Shown here: one piece after another, positions 22,830 to 33,261 of the stretch
Numbering within the stretch: position 1 is the first letter of the stretch
How the letters are laid out: each line of letters starts with the position of its first letter
Assembly: GCA_051388875.1 (NCBI GenBank)
Contig: JBMFFR010000008.1
Coordinates: 35,830-99,829, forward strand
From: Candidatus Brocadiia bacterium JP1
GTDB taxonomy: Bacteria; Planctomycetota; Brocadiia; Brocadiales; Bathyanammoxibiaceae
Reading direction: 5' to 3'
DNA: 64,000 nt
Made by a program: the position numbers and the translations under genes
Notes under the pieces: model-generated
What the model was told of the DNA's origin: nothing
Seen by the model: the letters and a program-made list of their open reading frames with translations, nothing else
The model's database searches: none

Positions 22830-23177
22830 ATGCGTGTAAGGTCAGTATATAAGTATGCAAGGATATCCCCTAGTAAGGCAAGGCTTGTTATAGACCTTAT
22901 CCGGGGTAAGTCGGTGAATGACGCCTTAGAGATTCTAAGGTTTAGTCATAAGAGGGCTGCCTATATGATAGATAAGACGTTAAGAGCCGCCCTGGCTAGT
23001 GCAGAGGAGGGTATGGCGGCAGATCCAGACAGCTTGAAAGTGGTGGAGGCTAGGGTCGATGGTGGTCCCACTAGGAAGTGGCACTGGGCTAGGCCAAGGG
23101 GTATGTGGGCGCCACTAAGGAAGAGGACAAGCCATATTACCATCATCCTTTCCGATGAAGGGAGAAAAGAGGGATAG
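22830..23177 (+). CDS. rplV: 50S ribosomal protein L22
   Basis: 115 aa. Operon position and RISPSKARLVIDLIRGKSV. Confidence 0.96.
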   Translation: MRVRSVYKYARISPSKARLVIDLIRGKSVNDALEILRFSHKRAAYMIDKTLRAALASAEEGMAADPDSLKVVEARVDGGPTRKWHWARPRGMWAPLRKRTSHITIILSDEGRKEG

Positions 23178-23180
23178 TTA

Positions 23181-23825
23181 ATGGGCCAGAAAGTACGTCC
23201 GACGGGGCTGAGGTTAGGAATAACCGAGAACTGGCGTTCCCAGTGGTACGCCGATAAGAAAGATTTTGGCGCACTCCTGATAGAAGACCAGAAGATAAGG
23301 AATCATGTTAAGAGGAACTACGGATTTGCAGGCATCCCTATCGTGGAGATTGATAGGACACGTGAGGAGGCTATGGTAACCCTCCATACTGCTCGCCCTG
23401 GTCTCATAATAGGGAGGAAAGGGGTCGGCATAGACAAACTCAGGGAGGAGTTAGGAAAACTCACTGGGCGGCAAATTAATATAAAGATTAAAGAGGTAGA
23501 AAGACCAGAGCTTTCTGCCCAACTGATAGGCGAGGGGATAGCTGAACAGCTGCAAAAAAGGGCGGCCTATCGTAGGACTTTAAGGAGGGCCGCAGATACG
23601 GTTATGGATGCGGGTGCATTGGGAGTAAAAATTCAAATCTCAGGCAGACTGGGCGGCGCAGAAATAGCCAGGACAGAATCAACCATCAAGGGGAAGATAC
23701 CTCTCCACACACTCAAGGCGAATATAGATTATGGTTTCCACGAGGCCATTACTACCTATGGAACCATAGGGATAAAGGTCTGGGTGTATAAGGGAGAAAA
23801 AATTATTGGAGGAAGTAACCCATGA
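23181..23825 (+). CDS. rpsC: 30S ribosomal protein S3
   Basis: MGQKVRPTGLRLGITENWRSQWYA.. plus KH domain. Confidence 0.97.
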   Translation: MGQKVRPTGLRLGITENWRSQWYADKKDFGALLIEDQKIRNHVKRNYGFAGIPIVEIDRTREEAMVTLHTARPGLIIGRKGVGIDKLREELGKLTGRQINIKIKEVERPELSAQLIGEGIAEQLQKRAAYRRTLRRAADTVMDAGALGVKIQISGRLGGAEIARTESTIKGKIPLHTLKANIDYGFHEAITTYGTIGIKVWVYKGEKIIGGSNP

Positions 23826-24235
23826 GGTTAATGCCCAAAAGAGTTAAGTTCAGAAAGGTTCATAGAGGCAATGTAAAAGGGAATGCAACCCGTGGTAATA
23901 CCCTGGCCATAGGGGAGTATGGACTCCAGAGTCTTGAGCCCGGTTGGGTTAGTGCAGAAGAAATAGAGGCGGGTAGGATAGCCGCGATGCATTTTTTGGG
24001 AAAAGTGGGGAGGCTTTATATCAGAGTCTTTCCCCATAAACCAATTACAGCCAAACCAATAGAAACTAGGATGGGAAAGGGGAAGGGAGAGCCTGAATAT
24101 TGGGCGGTGGTTGTAAAACCAGGTACTGTGCTCTATGAGTTAGCTGGGGTGACAGAAGATCTGGCAAAACAAGCCTTTAATCGTATATCCCATAAGCTTT
24201 CTGTTAAAGTAAGGATGCTATCCAAGAGGGTGTGA
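23822..24235 (+). CDS. rplP: 50S ribosomal protein L16
   Basis: MPKRVKFRKVHRG.., EYWAVVVKPG. Confidence 0.97.
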   Translation: MRLMPKRVKFRKVHRGNVKGNATRGNTLAIGEYGLQSLEPGWVSAEEIEAGRIAAMHFLGKVGRLYIRVFPHKPITAKPIETRMGKGKGEPEYWAVVVKPGTVLYELAGVTEDLAKQAFNRISHKLSVKVRMLSKRV

Positions 24236-24239
24236 AGGC

Positions 24240-24467
24240 ATGAAGGTTTCGGAAATTAGAGCGAAATCAAGCCAAGAAATTCTACAAGATCTAGAAGGTC
24301 TAAAAAGGGAGTTACTTAACCTGAGGATACAATGGCAGGCTGGGGAATTAAAGAATTCTGCCCAATACAAGAAGACCAGGAGGGAAATTGCAAGGATAAA
24401 CACTATCCTCAGGGAAATGACACTAGGGATTAACAAAGAACTCTATCAAAAGAAAGTGGCAGAATAA
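24240..24467 (+). CDS. rpmC: 50S ribosomal protein L29
   Basis: 75 aa. [28 protein letters not shown]. Operon position. Confidence 0.94.
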   Translation: MKVSEIRAKSSQEILQDLEGLKRELLNLRIQWQAGELKNSAQYKKTRREIARINTILREMTLGINKELYQKKVAE

Positions 24468-24469
24468 AG

Positions 24470-24730
24470 ATGGAGCAAAATGGCGGGCGCAGAAAACGTT
24501 TAATAGGTGTTGTCATCAGTGACAAGATGGATAAGACTATAAGTGTCGAGGTAGATAGGTTGGTAAAGCATCCTCGTTATGGGAAGTATATTAAGAGGGT
24601 TACTATTTACAAGGCACATGACGAGGAAGAGAAAGCCAAAGTGGGAGATAAAGTAGAGATAATAGAAACCAGGCCTTTAAGCAAGACTAAACACTGGAGA
24701 TTGGTGCGCGTCCTTGGGGAGGCTGCCTAG
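24470..24730 (+). CDS. rpsQ: 30S ribosomal protein S17
   Basis: 86 aa. [23 protein letters not shown]. Confidence 0.96.
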   Translation: MEQNGGRRKRLIGVVISDKMDKTISVEVDRLVKHPRYGKYIKRVTIYKAHDEEEKAKVGDKVEIIETRPLSKTKHWRLVRVLGEAA

Positions 24731-24732
24731 GC

Positions 24733-25101
24733 ATGATTGTGGAGTTTACGAGACTGGATGTGGCTGATAACTCAGGGGCTAAGAAAGTAATGTGCGTAAA
24801 AGTCTTGGGTGGATCGGGAAGGAAATATGCCTCCATAGGGGATGTTATTATTGCTTCAGTAAAAAAGGCTATGCCAGGGGGAGAAGTGAAGAAAGGGGAG
24901 GTGGTTAGGGGGGTGGTGGTGAGGACCAAACATGACGTTGCCAGAGAAGATGGGTCCTTCGTTAGATTTGATAAGAATGCGGTAGTTCTTATTGATAATG
25001 ATGGCAATCCTAGGGGAACCAGAATTTTTGGGGCAGTTGCGCGCGAGCTAAGACAAAAGAACTTCACCAAGATTTTATCCCTAGCCCCGGAGGTGGTGTA
25101 A
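24733..25101 (+). CDS. rplN: 50S ribosomal protein L14
   Basis: [20 protein letters not shown] signature. Confidence 0.98.
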   Translation: MIVEFTRLDVADNSGAKKVMCVKVLGGSGRKYASIGDVIIASVKKAMPGGEVKKGEVVRGVVVRTKHDVAREDGSFVRFDKNAVVLIDNDGNPRGTRIFGAVARELRQKNFTKILSLAPEVV

Positions 25102-25102
25102 G

Positions 25103-25444
25103 ATGCACGTAGTTAAGAATGATTTAGTAGAAGTACTATCTGGCGATGACAAGGGGAAGAAGGGAAAGATCCTCAGTGTAATACCCAAGAAGAAGCGCGT
25201 ACTTGTACAAGGGATAAATTATGTTTGGAAGCATGTTCGTCCCAGTCCTAAGTACCCTCAAGGCGGTAGGATACAGAAGGAAGTGCCTATTGATGCCGCA
25301 AAGGTCTTAGTGGTATGTCATAACAAGAACTGTCCTAAATATGACAAAGGTGTCAGGGTCCGCATGAAGAAAGGGGAGAACGGAATAAGAGTAAGGGTAT
25401 GTGCCAAGTGCGGTTCTACTATTACGGCAGCCGTGGAGCGATAA
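25103..25444 (+). CDS. rplX: 50S ribosomal protein L24 (four-Cys C-terminal form)
   Basis: KOW motif [19 protein letters not shown]. The C-terminal part carries CHNKNC...CAKCG. Confidence 0.95.
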   Translation: MHVVKNDLVEVLSGDDKGKKGKILSVIPKKKRVLVQGINYVWKHVRPSPKYPQGGRIQKEVPIDAAKVLVVCHNKNCPKYDKGVRVRMKKGENGIRVRVCAKCGSTITAAVER

Positions 25445-25448
25445 AATA

Positions 25449-25988
25449 ATGGCAAGATTATTGGGACTATACAAAGAGAAGCTGGTTACTGAGCTTATGG
25501 AGAAGTTTGGGTACAAAAACATAATGGCAGTGCCCAAGCTAGTAAAAGTAGTGGTCAACATGGGGGTTGGAAAGGCATTAGAAAACAGAAAAAGACTGGA
25601 GGACGCACAAAAGCATATTGGCCTTGTCACAGGCCAAAAGCCTTTGGTTACAAAGGCCAAGAAGTCTGTGGCAGGGTTTAAATTACGTAAGGGCAACCCA
25701 ATAGGATGTAAGGTTACACTCAGGGGGTGTAGGATGTATGAGTTTCTGGATCGCCTCTTCAGTATTGCGCTACCGAGGGTAAAAGATTTTAGAGGGCTTC
25801 CTACAAATAGTTTTGACCAAAAAGGTAATTATACCTTAGGAGTAAGTGAGCAAGTTATTTTCCCAGAGATAGATATTGAGGATATTGAGTTTACGCAGGG
25901 CATGGATATTACTATAGTAACAACGGCTAAGAATAAGGATGAATCTAAGGAATTACTTCGTCTTTTAGGAGCACCATTCAGGGAATAG
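25449..25988 (+). CDS. rplE: 50S ribosomal protein L5
   Basis: [13 protein letters not shown].. The track ORF (25401) extends 16 codons upstream into rplX; ATG 25449 follows the rplX stop. Confidence 0.96.
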   Translation: MARLLGLYKEKLVTELMEKFGYKNIMAVPKLVKVVVNMGVGKALENRKRLEDAQKHIGLVTGQKPLVTKAKKSVAGFKLRKGNPIGCKVTLRGCRMYEFLDRLFSIALPRVKDFRGLPTNSFDQKGNYTLGVSEQVIFPEIDIEDIEFTQGMDITIVTTAKNKDESKELLRLLGAPFRE

Positions 25989-25992
25989 AACT

Positions 25993-26178
25993 ATGGCAAG
26001 AAAGGCTATGATAGAAAAGGCCAACAGGTCCCCTAAGTATAAGAGCCGTCAGCGCAATCGCTGTAAGCTTTGTGGGCGGCCAAGGGCATATTACAGGAAA
26101 TTTCAAATATGCAGGATTTGTTTTAGAAATCTCGCCTCCAAGGGTGAAATCCCCGGAGTAATTAAGGCCAGCTGGTAA
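25993..26178 (+). CDS. rpsN: 30S ribosomal protein S14, zinc-binding short (type Z) form
   Basis: 61 aa. [20 protein letters not shown]. Confidence 0.96.
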   Translation: MARKAMIEKANRSPKYKSRQRNRCKLCGRPRAYYRKFQICRICFRNLASKGEIPGVIKASW

Positions 26179-26189
26179 GGAGGAGCTTT

Positions 26190-26582
26190 GTGACTGATAC
26201 CATTGCTGATATGCTTACACGTATTAAAAATGCGATAATGCGGAGAAAAGAGGACGTGGCAGTTCCGCGCTCTAAGGTAAAGAAGGAGATTGTGAACGTA
26301 TTAAAAAGGGAAGGCTTTGTGAAAGGATATAAAGAGGTTGAGGATGGTAAACAGGGGGTGATGAAGATATACTTGAAATATGGACTGCAAAGAGAGTCTG
26401 CCATCCGTGGCCTCTCCAGGGAGAGTAAACCTGGGAAAAGGGTATACAAGAGGGTGGAAGAAATAAAACCTATTTTTGGTGGGATAGGTGTTGGTATCTA
26501 TTCCACTAACAAGGGCGTACTGAGCGATAAGGAATGTAAAAAGGCAGGGGTTGGTGGTGAATATTTGTGTAAGGTTTGGTGA
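26190..26582 (+). CDS. rpsH: 30S ribosomal protein S8
   Basis: GTG start after SD GGAGG. MTDTIADMLTRIKNA. Confidence 0.97.
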   Translation: MTDTIADMLTRIKNAIMRRKEDVAVPRSKVKKEIVNVLKREGFVKGYKEVEDGKQGVMKIYLKYGLQRESAIRGLSRESKPGKRVYKRVEEIKPIFGGIGVGIYSTNKGVLSDKECKKAGVGGEYLCKVW

Positions 26583-26590
26583 GGAAAGAA

Positions 26591-27154
26591 ATGTCCAGAA
26601 TTGGTAGATTACCCGTATCCGTTCCAGAAAATGTAAATATTAGGGCAGAAGACAATGCTCTTACAGTGAAGGGGCCTTTAGGGGAGTTAACCCAGAGATT
26701 TCATTCTGCAGTTAGATTTGAGTATGATGACTCTAAGAGATTATTGCGCGTGAAAGTGGGAGAGGAGGAGCCTAAGCAAAAGGCCCTTTTAGGGTTAAGC
26801 CGTACCCTGACAGCAAATGCCGTGGAAGGGGTAACAAAAGGATTCAGCAAGAATATGGAGATACAGGGGCTGGGGTATAACGTTAAGCTACTGGGTAAAG
26901 ACCTTGTTCTATCGGTAGGGTATATAAGCCCTGTTCATTTAGAGATTCCAAAGGGGTTAAAGGTGGAGATTACCCAACCCACTAACCCGGCACGGTTTAC
27001 AATAAAGGGAGTGGATAAACAATTAGTGGGACAATTTGCTGCTACGGTAAGGGCTACAAGAGAGGTGGAACCCTATAAAGGTAAAGGTATAAGATATAAA
27101 GATGAGATAGTAAGGAAGAAGGCTGGTAAGGCCTTTGCTGGTGGAGCTGGTTAA
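26591..27154 (+). CDS. rplF: 50S ribosomal protein L6
   Basis: MSRIGRLPVSVPENV.. The track ORF begins 5 codons earlier, at 26576. Confidence 0.96.
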   Translation: MSRIGRLPVSVPENVNIRAEDNALTVKGPLGELTQRFHSAVRFEYDDSKRLLRVKVGEEEPKQKALLGLSRTLTANAVEGVTKGFSKNMEIQGLGYNVKLLGKDLVLSVGYISPVHLEIPKGLKVEITQPTNPARFTIKGVDKQLVGQFAATVRATREVEPYKGKGIRYKDEIVRKKAGKAFAGGAG

Positions 27155-27157
27155 AAC

Positions 27158-27526
27158 ATGAACCCTCAAAAGAAAAAGTGGTTTAAAAGACACGTGAGGC
27201 ATTTAAGGGTACGCCAAAAAATATTTGGTACAAAAGAATGCCCCAGGTTAACAGTTTACAGGAGCCTTAAACATATTTATTGTCAACTTATAGATGACAT
27301 GGAGGGTAAGACGCTAGCAGCAGTTTCTACCCTTACCCCTGATGTAAGGGATAAGATTAACTATGGCGGAAACAAGAAAGCAGCTGAGCTAGTCGGGCAG
27401 AAGATAGCTGAAGAAGCCAGAAAGCTTGGAATAGAAAAGGTGGTCTTTGACAGAGGTGGGTACAAATTCCACGGAAGGCTAAAAAGCCTGGCTGATTCCG
27501 CTAGAAAGTCCAATTTGAGATTCTAG
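27158..27526 (+). CDS. rplR: 50S ribosomal protein L18
   Basis: 122 aa. Operon position and ..[28 protein letters not shown]. Confidence 0.96.
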   Translation: MNPQKKKWFKRHVRHLRVRQKIFGTKECPRLTVYRSLKHIYCQLIDDMEGKTLAAVSTLTPDVRDKINYGGNKKAAELVGQKIAEEARKLGIEKVVFDRGGYKFHGRLKSLADSARKSNLRF

Positions 27527-27537
27527 GAGGTAATCCT

Positions 27538-28026
27538 TTGGCAGAAGCAGTAACACAAGAAAAGGCCGTAGCCGCAGTAGAAGATGTAGTAGTAGCTATC
27601 AATCGATGCACTAAGGTAACCAAGGGTGGTAAGAGCCTGAGTTTTAGTGCGGTGGTAGTGGCAGGTGATAAGCAGGGGAATGTGGGTTTTGGTTACGGTA
27701 AGGCAAGGGAAGTGCCTAGTGCTGTTGCCAAGGCCTCAAAAGATGCAAGAAGGAATATGACAAATGTGGTGCTTAGAGGGGACACAGTACCTTACGAGGC
27801 TTGGGGACGCTATAAGGCCAGCAGGATATTTATAAGGCCAGCCGCACCTGGAACGGGTATAAAGGCTGGTGCAGCAGCAAGAGCCGTTTTGGAATTGGCA
27901 GGAATAAGGAATATATTAACCAAATGTTATGGTTCTAGAAACCCGATAAATGTAGTAAAAGCCACTATGGAAGGGCTTAAGTGTTTAAGCTCTAGGGAAG
28001 AGGTAAATTCACTTAGAGGGGTATAG
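27538..28026 (+). CDS. rpsE: 30S ribosomal protein S5
   Basis: TTG start after SD AGGAGG. VTKGGKSLSFSAVVVAGDKQGNVGFGYGKA. Confidence 0.96.
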   Translation: MAEAVTQEKAVAAVEDVVVAINRCTKVTKGGKSLSFSAVVVAGDKQGNVGFGYGKAREVPSAVAKASKDARRNMTNVVLRGDTVPYEAWGRYKASRIFIRPAAPGTGIKAGAAARAVLELAGIRNILTKCYGSRNPINVVKATMEGLKCLSSREEVNSLRGV

Positions 28027-28031
28027 AAAGA

Positions 28032-28478
28032 ATGAATTTAGAAGATGCTAAATCGGCGGACACAAGACGAAAGAAGAAGAAAAGAGTAGGTCTAGGATTA
28101 GGTTCCGGGCATGGGAAGACATGTTGCCGTGGGACAAAAGGGGCCGGAGCCCGTTCAGGCACTGAGACGGGCCTATACTTTGAAGGTGGGCAGATGCCCT
28201 TTGTACGGCGTGTCCCCAAGAGAGGGTTTAAAAACATCTTTAAAAAAGAGTATGCAATAGTAAACATTGAAGACCTAGTAGAACTCCAGGAAAAGGAAAT
28301 AACCCCTGAGGTTCTTCAAAAGATAGGTATTATTAAAGGCAGTGAAAAGGGTAGTGTAAAGATACTCGGAACGGGAGAGTTGAAGGGGCCGGTTATCGTT
28401 CATGCGCACAAGTTCAGTCAGAAAGCCATTGAAAAAATAACAGCCGTTGGCGGACAAGCAAAGGTTATCCCATGCTAG
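28032..28478 (+). CDS. rplO: 50S ribosomal protein L15
   Basis: 148 aa. G-rich N-terminus (GLGLGSGHGKTCCRGTKGAGARSG). Starts 5 nt after rpsE, so there is no room for rpmD. Confidence 0.95.
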   Translation: MNLEDAKSADTRRKKKKRVGLGLGSGHGKTCCRGTKGAGARSGTETGLYFEGGQMPFVRRVPKRGFKNIFKKEYAIVNIEDLVELQEKEITPEVLQKIGIIKGSEKGSVKILGTGELKGPVIVHAHKFSQKAIEKITAVGGQAKVIPC

Positions 28479-29854
28479 AGAAGATCCAAAACATTTATAA
28501 TATTCCGGAACTTAGAAAGAAGTTAATAGTTACACTAAGCCTAATAGCACTCTGCCGGGTGGGGGTATTTATACCAATTCCCGGCATAGATACCGTGGCT
28601 TTGAAGAACTACTTTCAGCAATTTTCATCTACCGGTATAGGTCAACTTATGGGTTTGGTAGACCTTTTTGCAGGTGGGGCCATGTCCTCAGGAGCTATAT
28701 TTGGATTAGGTGTAATGCCTTATATAAGTGCCTCTATTATCTTTCAGCTATTGGTGGGTGTTATTCCTTCCTTGGAGAGGCTGCATAAAGAGGGAGAGGT
28801 GGGGAGGAAGAAGATTAATCAGTATACCAGAATGGCTACAGTAGGACTATGTTTCTTCCAAGCTTTTATTTTAACACGAACGCTATACACAATTGAGATA
28901 AACAACGTGCCCGTTGTACCAGTATATATTCAGGGAATAGGATTTCAGTTGACAGCCGCACTACTGCTCACCACTGGCACAATGTTTCTTATGTGGATAG
29001 GCGAGCAAATAGATGAACACGGCATCGGTAGCGGTATATCACTGGTAATTATGGTAGGGATAGTGGACCGTTTGCCATGGGCCTTCTCCCAGGTGGTTTC
29101 CAACTTTACCTTTTCGGTCAATCCGGCTGAACATGAAATAGGTATCTTCAGACTTATCCTTCTAGTAGCTTCCTTTGTGGTTATCGTAGCTGGGATAGTG
29201 TTTATCACACAGGGACAGAGGCGGATACCAATCCAACAGGCTAAATACACCAGAGGGCAGAGGGTATATGGGGGACAAAGACATTTCCTCCCCCTCAGGG
29301 TAAACCAAGCAGGCGTTATGCCCATAATATTTGCCCAATCCTTACTTATATTCCCCGCCGCTATAATCCAGGGGATTCAGGTGAGGATGGAGCCAGGGAG
29401 TATCGGCTACTTGATAAGCTCCAGATTAGCCGAGGCCCTGCAAGGTGGTGTAATTTACGTTACCCTTTACGTCTTTCTTATTGCCTTTTTCTGCTACTTT
29501 TGGACGGCAATAACCTTTAATCCCAAGGAGATGTCTGAAAATCTTAAAGATTATGGCAGTTTTATACCAGGAATAAGACCAGGTGGAAGGACGGCCGAAT
29601 ACTTGGAGAATATCATGAGCCATGTGACCCTGGCCGGAGCTACCTTTTTGGCCATAATAGCACTCTTACCCAATATGGTATCAAAGGGTTTTGAGATAAG
29701 CAGGGCAATTGCCGGATTCTACGGAGGTACCGGACTTCTTATCGTAGTGGGAGTCGCTTTGGATATTCTTCAGAAGATAGAAGCACACCTGTTAATGAGA
29801 CATTATAGCGGTCTGTTAGGTGGAACAGCGAAGATAAGGGGGAGAAGGGGATGA
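28472..29854 (+). CDS. secY: preprotein translocase subunit SecY
   Basis: 460 aa polytopic membrane protein. GIGSGISLVIM, RIPIQQAKY. Follows rplO. Confidence 0.97.
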   Translation: MLEKIQNIYNIPELRKKLIVTLSLIALCRVGVFIPIPGIDTVALKNYFQQFSSTGIGQLMGLVDLFAGGAMSSGAIFGLGVMPYISASIIFQLLVGVIPSLERLHKEGEVGRKKINQYTRMATVGLCFFQAFILTRTLYTIEINNVPVVPVYIQGIGFQLTAALLLTTGTMFLMWIGEQIDEHGIGSGISLVIMVGIVDRLPWAFSQVVSNFTFSVNPAEHEIGIFRLILLVASFVVIVAGIVFITQGQRRIPIQQAKYTRGQRVYGGQRHFLPLRVNQAGVMPIIFAQSLLIFPAAIIQGIQVRMEPGSIGYLISSRLAEALQGGVIYVTLYVFLIAFFCYFWTAITFNPKEMSENLKDYGSFIPGIRPGGRTAEYLENIMSHVTLAGATFLAIIALLPNMVSKGFEISRAIAGFYGGTGLLIVVGVALDILQKIEAHLLMRHYSGLLGGTAKIRGRRG

Positions 29855-30516
29855 ACGTAGTCTTTTTGGGCCCACCAGGGGCAGGAAAAGGCACCCAGGC
29901 TGAGGCAATAAGCAGGCAAAGAGGGATGGAACACATTTCTACAGGGGATATGTTAAGGGGGGCAGTGGATGCAGGTACCCCTTTAGGAGTTCAAGCAAAA
30001 AAATATATAGAAAAAGGGTTGCTGGTGCCGGATGAGATAGTGGTGGATATAGTAGCAGAGCGCATTAGTAGGAATGGGAGTAACAAGAGTTATCTTCTGG
30101 ATGGTTTCCCACGCAACTTAAACCAGGCAAAGGCTCTGGATAAGACTCTCAAGAATATTAAGGAAAAATTGGATGCGGTATTTTATTTTGCTGTCTCTGA
30201 AGAGACAGCCATTTCCAGGCTCACTGGACGGTGGATATGTCCAGGTTGTGGGGCCAACTATCACGAACGATACTTACCTCCAAAAAAGTCAGGAGTCTGT
30301 GATAAGTGCGGGAAGAGCTTACAGCAACGACTTGATGATAAGGTTGAGACCGTAAGAGAAAGACTAAGTGTTTACCGTCAACAAACGGCAGACTTAATTA
30401 GTTATTACGAGAAAAAGGGTATCCTCGCTAAGATAGATGCTAATCAAGGGGTAGAGGAGGTTTGTGAGGAATTAGCGAGGGCTCTGGATTTTCTTAGCAC
30501 CAGAAATGTTGTGTGA
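29851..30516 (+). CDS. adk: adenylate kinase (zinc-lid form)
   Basis: P-loop GPPGAGKGTQA. Lid CPGCG-x16-CDKCG. Confidence 0.97.
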   Translation: MNVVFLGPPGAGKGTQAEAISRQRGMEHISTGDMLRGAVDAGTPLGVQAKKYIEKGLLVPDEIVVDIVAERISRNGSNKSYLLDGFPRNLNQAKALDKTLKNIKEKLDAVFYFAVSEETAISRLTGRWICPGCGANYHERYLPPKKSGVCDKCGKSLQQRLDDKVETVRERLSVYRQQTADLISYYEKKGILAKIDANQGVEEVCEELARALDFLSTRNVV

Positions 30517-30527
30517 TAAAATAGGAT

Positions 30528-31301
30528 ATGCAAACTAATACGGTTATGATAGAGTGTAAAAGTGCTAGACAGATTGAACTTATGAGTCATGCCGGAAGGA
30601 TTGTGGCTGGAGCCTTGCGTCTAGCCAGGGAATTAGCTCAAAATGATGTAACTACAGAGTATATAGATTCCGAAATTGAAAGGTATATACGCAAAAATAA
30701 TGGGAACCCCATGTTTAAGGGTTACAGGGGATATCCTAAAAGTACATGTATCTCTATAAATGAAGAGATTGTACATGGTATACCAAGCCTGCGAAGACTC
30801 AAAGAGGGGGACATTGTAAGCATTGATGTTGGGGTGGAGTATAAAAAATACATGGCCGATGGTGCCACGACAGTCCCTGTTGGAGAGACCTCTCAGGAGG
30901 CTAAGAGATTGATTGAGGTTTGTGAAGAAGCCTTGAGTAGGGCCATAAGGTTTATAAAGGCGGGTGTCATGCTTTCCCAGGTTGCTGCACGGATTCAGAA
31001 ATACGTTGAGAGTAATGGCTATTCAGTGGTGAGAGATTATGCGGGGCATGGTATTGGTAGGTGTATGCATGAAGAACCACAGGTTCCTAACTATGTTAGT
31101 GAAGACCTTCGTGCCAATGATGTTAAGCTTCTTGCTGGGACAACCCTGGCAATAGAACCAATGATATGCATAGGCAGTGGAGAAACTGAAGTCTTAGAAA
31201 ACAAATGGACAGTTGTAACGAAGGACCGTGCCCTTTCGTCCCATTTTGAACACACGATAGTCGTTACAGAGAGGGGTGCGGAAATACTTACAGTAGAATG
31301 A
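30528..31301 (+). CDS. map: type I methionine aminopeptidase
   Basis: 257 aa with pita-bread metal-ligand context (IDVGVEY..ADGA, GHGIG, LAIEP, EHT). ATG 30546 is an alternative start. Confidence 0.94.
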   Translation: MQTNTVMIECKSARQIELMSHAGRIVAGALRLARELAQNDVTTEYIDSEIERYIRKNNGNPMFKGYRGYPKSTCISINEEIVHGIPSLRRLKEGDIVSIDVGVEYKKYMADGATTVPVGETSQEAKRLIEVCEEALSRAIRFIKAGVMLSQVAARIQKYVESNGYSVVRDYAGHGIGRCMHEEPQVPNYVSEDLRANDVKLLAGTTLAIEPMICIGSGETEVLENKWTVVTKDRALSSHFEHTIVVTERGAEILTVE

Positions 31302-31302
31302 C

Positions 31303-31521
31303 ATGCCAAAGGAGGAACCCATAAGAATAGAGGCCGTGGTTAAGGAAGCTCTGCCTAATGCTATGTTCAGAGTTGAGTTGCCAAATGGCCACCAGATATT
31401 AGCCCATGTGTCAGGAAAGATGAGGATGCACTTTATACGCATATTACCGGGGGACAAAGTAACAGTAGAAATGTCGCCCTATGATCTAGATAGAGGTAGG
31501 ATAATTTATAGACAACCGTAA
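31303..31521 (+). CDS. infA: translation initiation factor IF-1
   Basis: 72 aa. [47 protein letters not shown]. Confidence 0.98.
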   Translation: MPKEEPIRIEAVVKEALPNAMFRVELPNGHQILAHVSGKMRMHFIRILPGDKVTVEMSPYDLDRGRIIYRQP

Positions 31522-31533
31522 GAGGATACCAAA

Positions 31534-31647
31534 ATGAAGGTAAAGCCTTCAGTAAAACGTATTTGTGATAAATGTAAAATAATAAAGCGCAAAAATATCA
31601 TCAGGGTAATATGTTCCGACCCCCGTCATAAACAACGGCAGGGTTAG
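31534..31647 (+). CDS. rpmJ: 50S ribosomal protein L36
   Basis: Not in the ORF track (37 aa). Hand translation: [37 protein letters not shown]. Confidence 0.93.
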   Translation: MKVKPSVKRICDKCKIIKRKNIIRVICSDPRHKQRQG

Positions 31648-31666
31648 AGGAAAAGGGGAGTTCTAA

Positions 31667-32044
31667 ATGCCTAGGATTGCAGGAGTTGACATACCAGCCA
31701 ATAAAAGGATAGTTATAGCTCTTACCTACGTGTATGGGGTAGGCAAGACCGTTGCACAAGAAATCCTTAAGGCAGTAGGAATTGACGAAAGTATACGGGC
31801 CAAGGACCTCCATGAAGACCAACTTAGTACCCTTGGTTCTTATATAGAGAGAAACTACACCACAGAGGGTGCATTACGCAGACAGGAGACACAAAATATT
31901 ACCCTTCTCAGGAGCATAGGTTGCTATCGTGGCTACCGGCATAAAGTAGGTCTACCTGCAAGAGGTCAACGTACCAGAACTAACGCCCGCACCAGGAAGG
32001 GGCGGAGGAAGACTGTTGCGGGTAAGAGGATAGAGAGAGGCTAA
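31667..32044 (+). CDS. rpsM: 30S ribosomal protein S13
   Basis: [26 protein letters not shown]. Confidence 0.98.
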   Translation: MPRIAGVDIPANKRIVIALTYVYGVGKTVAQEILKAVGIDESIRAKDLHEDQLSTLGSYIERNYTTEGALRRQETQNITLLRSIGCYRGYRHKVGLPARGQRTRTNARTRKGRRKTVAGKRIERG

Positions 32045-32045
32045 T

Positions 32046-32888
32046 ATGGTATTCCCTGTACAAAGAACTCTACTAGAGGAGACTGAGGTACAAAGGCTTC
32101 TATACTCAGCGGGGGGGTTGCTAAAGGTGCTGGGCTGGATAGGACCCCATGGACAATTTTACAGGAGTGAATCAAAAAAATTTAACGAGATAGTAGGCCT
32201 TGCTACCCACATATGCAAAGTAGCGCCGAACCTCTTCAGAGAAGGTCTAGTGTGCTTGGATTGCTCCTGTGGAAAGTCGTATATTTCTTTTTTCTTAAAC
32301 CATATCTTAAGAGAGGTATATGGCGTCAAGGCCACCTTTTATGGCATAGATATCGCTTATGGCCTTATAGAAAAATGTAAATCTATTGCTAACCTCATTG
32401 GTTACAATAATATGCACTTCTCCTGTTGTAGGACTTGGGAATTTCAACCACGGCAAGATGTGGACATAGTGCTTGCATTACACGCCTGTGATACGGCTAC
32501 GGATGAGGCTATCGCTAAAGGCATTCAACTAAAAGCAAAATATATTATAGTAGTGCCATGCTGTCAAAACCAGATTAAGGGGCAGATAAGCTACTCACAG
32601 CCCCTCAAAAGGTTAACAGAGTTTGGCTTGCTGAGATATAGGTTTGCAGACCTTCTAACAGATGCCCTTAGGGCCCAGGCGCTACGAGGGGCTGGTTACC
32701 ATGTAGAAATGCAAGAGATTGTACCACCAACGGTAACCCCCAAGAATTTAGTACTCATCGCAAGAAAAACCCGTTCTGGGAAGAAGGGCATGGCTGGCTA
32801 CATTGAATTGAGTAAGCTGCTGGGAGTTCGTTCCCCTATTGAAAAATTCTTACCAGAACTCTTTGAGGAGATAAATATAAATGGCTAA
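32046..32888 (+). CDS. class I SAM-dependent methyltransferase (Methyltransf_32/METTL25-like by motif) embedded in the alpha operon
   Basis: 280 aa. Motif I-like [14 protein letters not shown] and [14 protein letters not shown]. Starts 2 nt after the rpsM stop and overlaps the rpsK start by 8 nt. Confidence 0.7.
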   Translation: MVFPVQRTLLEETEVQRLLYSAGGLLKVLGWIGPHGQFYRSESKKFNEIVGLATHICKVAPNLFREGLVCLDCSCGKSYISFFLNHILREVYGVKATFYGIDIAYGLIEKCKSIANLIGYNNMHFSCCRTWEFQPRQDVDIVLALHACDTATDEAIAKGIQLKAKYIIVVPCCQNQIKGQISYSQPLKRLTEFGLLRYRFADLLTDALRAQALRGAGYHVEMQEIVPPTVTPKNLVLIARKTRSGKKGMAGYIELSKLLGVRSPIEKFLPELFEEINING

Positions 32889-33255
32889 GGTTAAGAAGGT
32901 AAGGCGTAATGTGAACAGGGCGGTAGCTCATATACAGGCTACTTTTAATAATACCTATATAAATATTACAGACCTTAATGGGGAGACTGTATGCTGGGCA
33001 AGTGCAGGAACCGTGGGGTTCAAAGGTTCCAGGAAAAGTACACCGTTTGCAGCCCAGAGGGCAGCTGATAATGTTGCTGACAAGGCCAAAAAGATGGGTG
33101 TTCAAGAGATAGACATTAAAGTAAAAGGACCAGGTGCCGGTAGGGAATCTGCTATAACAGCCCTACAGGCCGCTGGCCTTAGTGTAAAATCTATTGAAGA
33201 TGTTACCCCTTTGCCCCATAATGGGTGTCGTCCCAGGAAGAAAAGGAGGGTTTAG
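32881..33255 (+). CDS. rpsK: 30S ribosomal protein S11
   Basis: 124 aa. [28 protein letters not shown]. Confidence 0.98.
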   Translation: MAKVKKVRRNVNRAVAHIQATFNNTYINITDLNGETVCWASAGTVGFKGSRKSTPFAAQRAADNVADKAKKMGVQEIDIKVKGPGAGRESAITALQAAGLSVKSIEDVTPLPHNGCRPRKKRRV

Positions 33256-33261
33256 AAGTAC

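Noticed and set aside
24687-25696. Minus-strand ORFs 24687..25070 and 25307..25696
   Set aside because: They are antisense to rplN, rplX and rplE. I see no reason to prefer them over the ribosomal genes.
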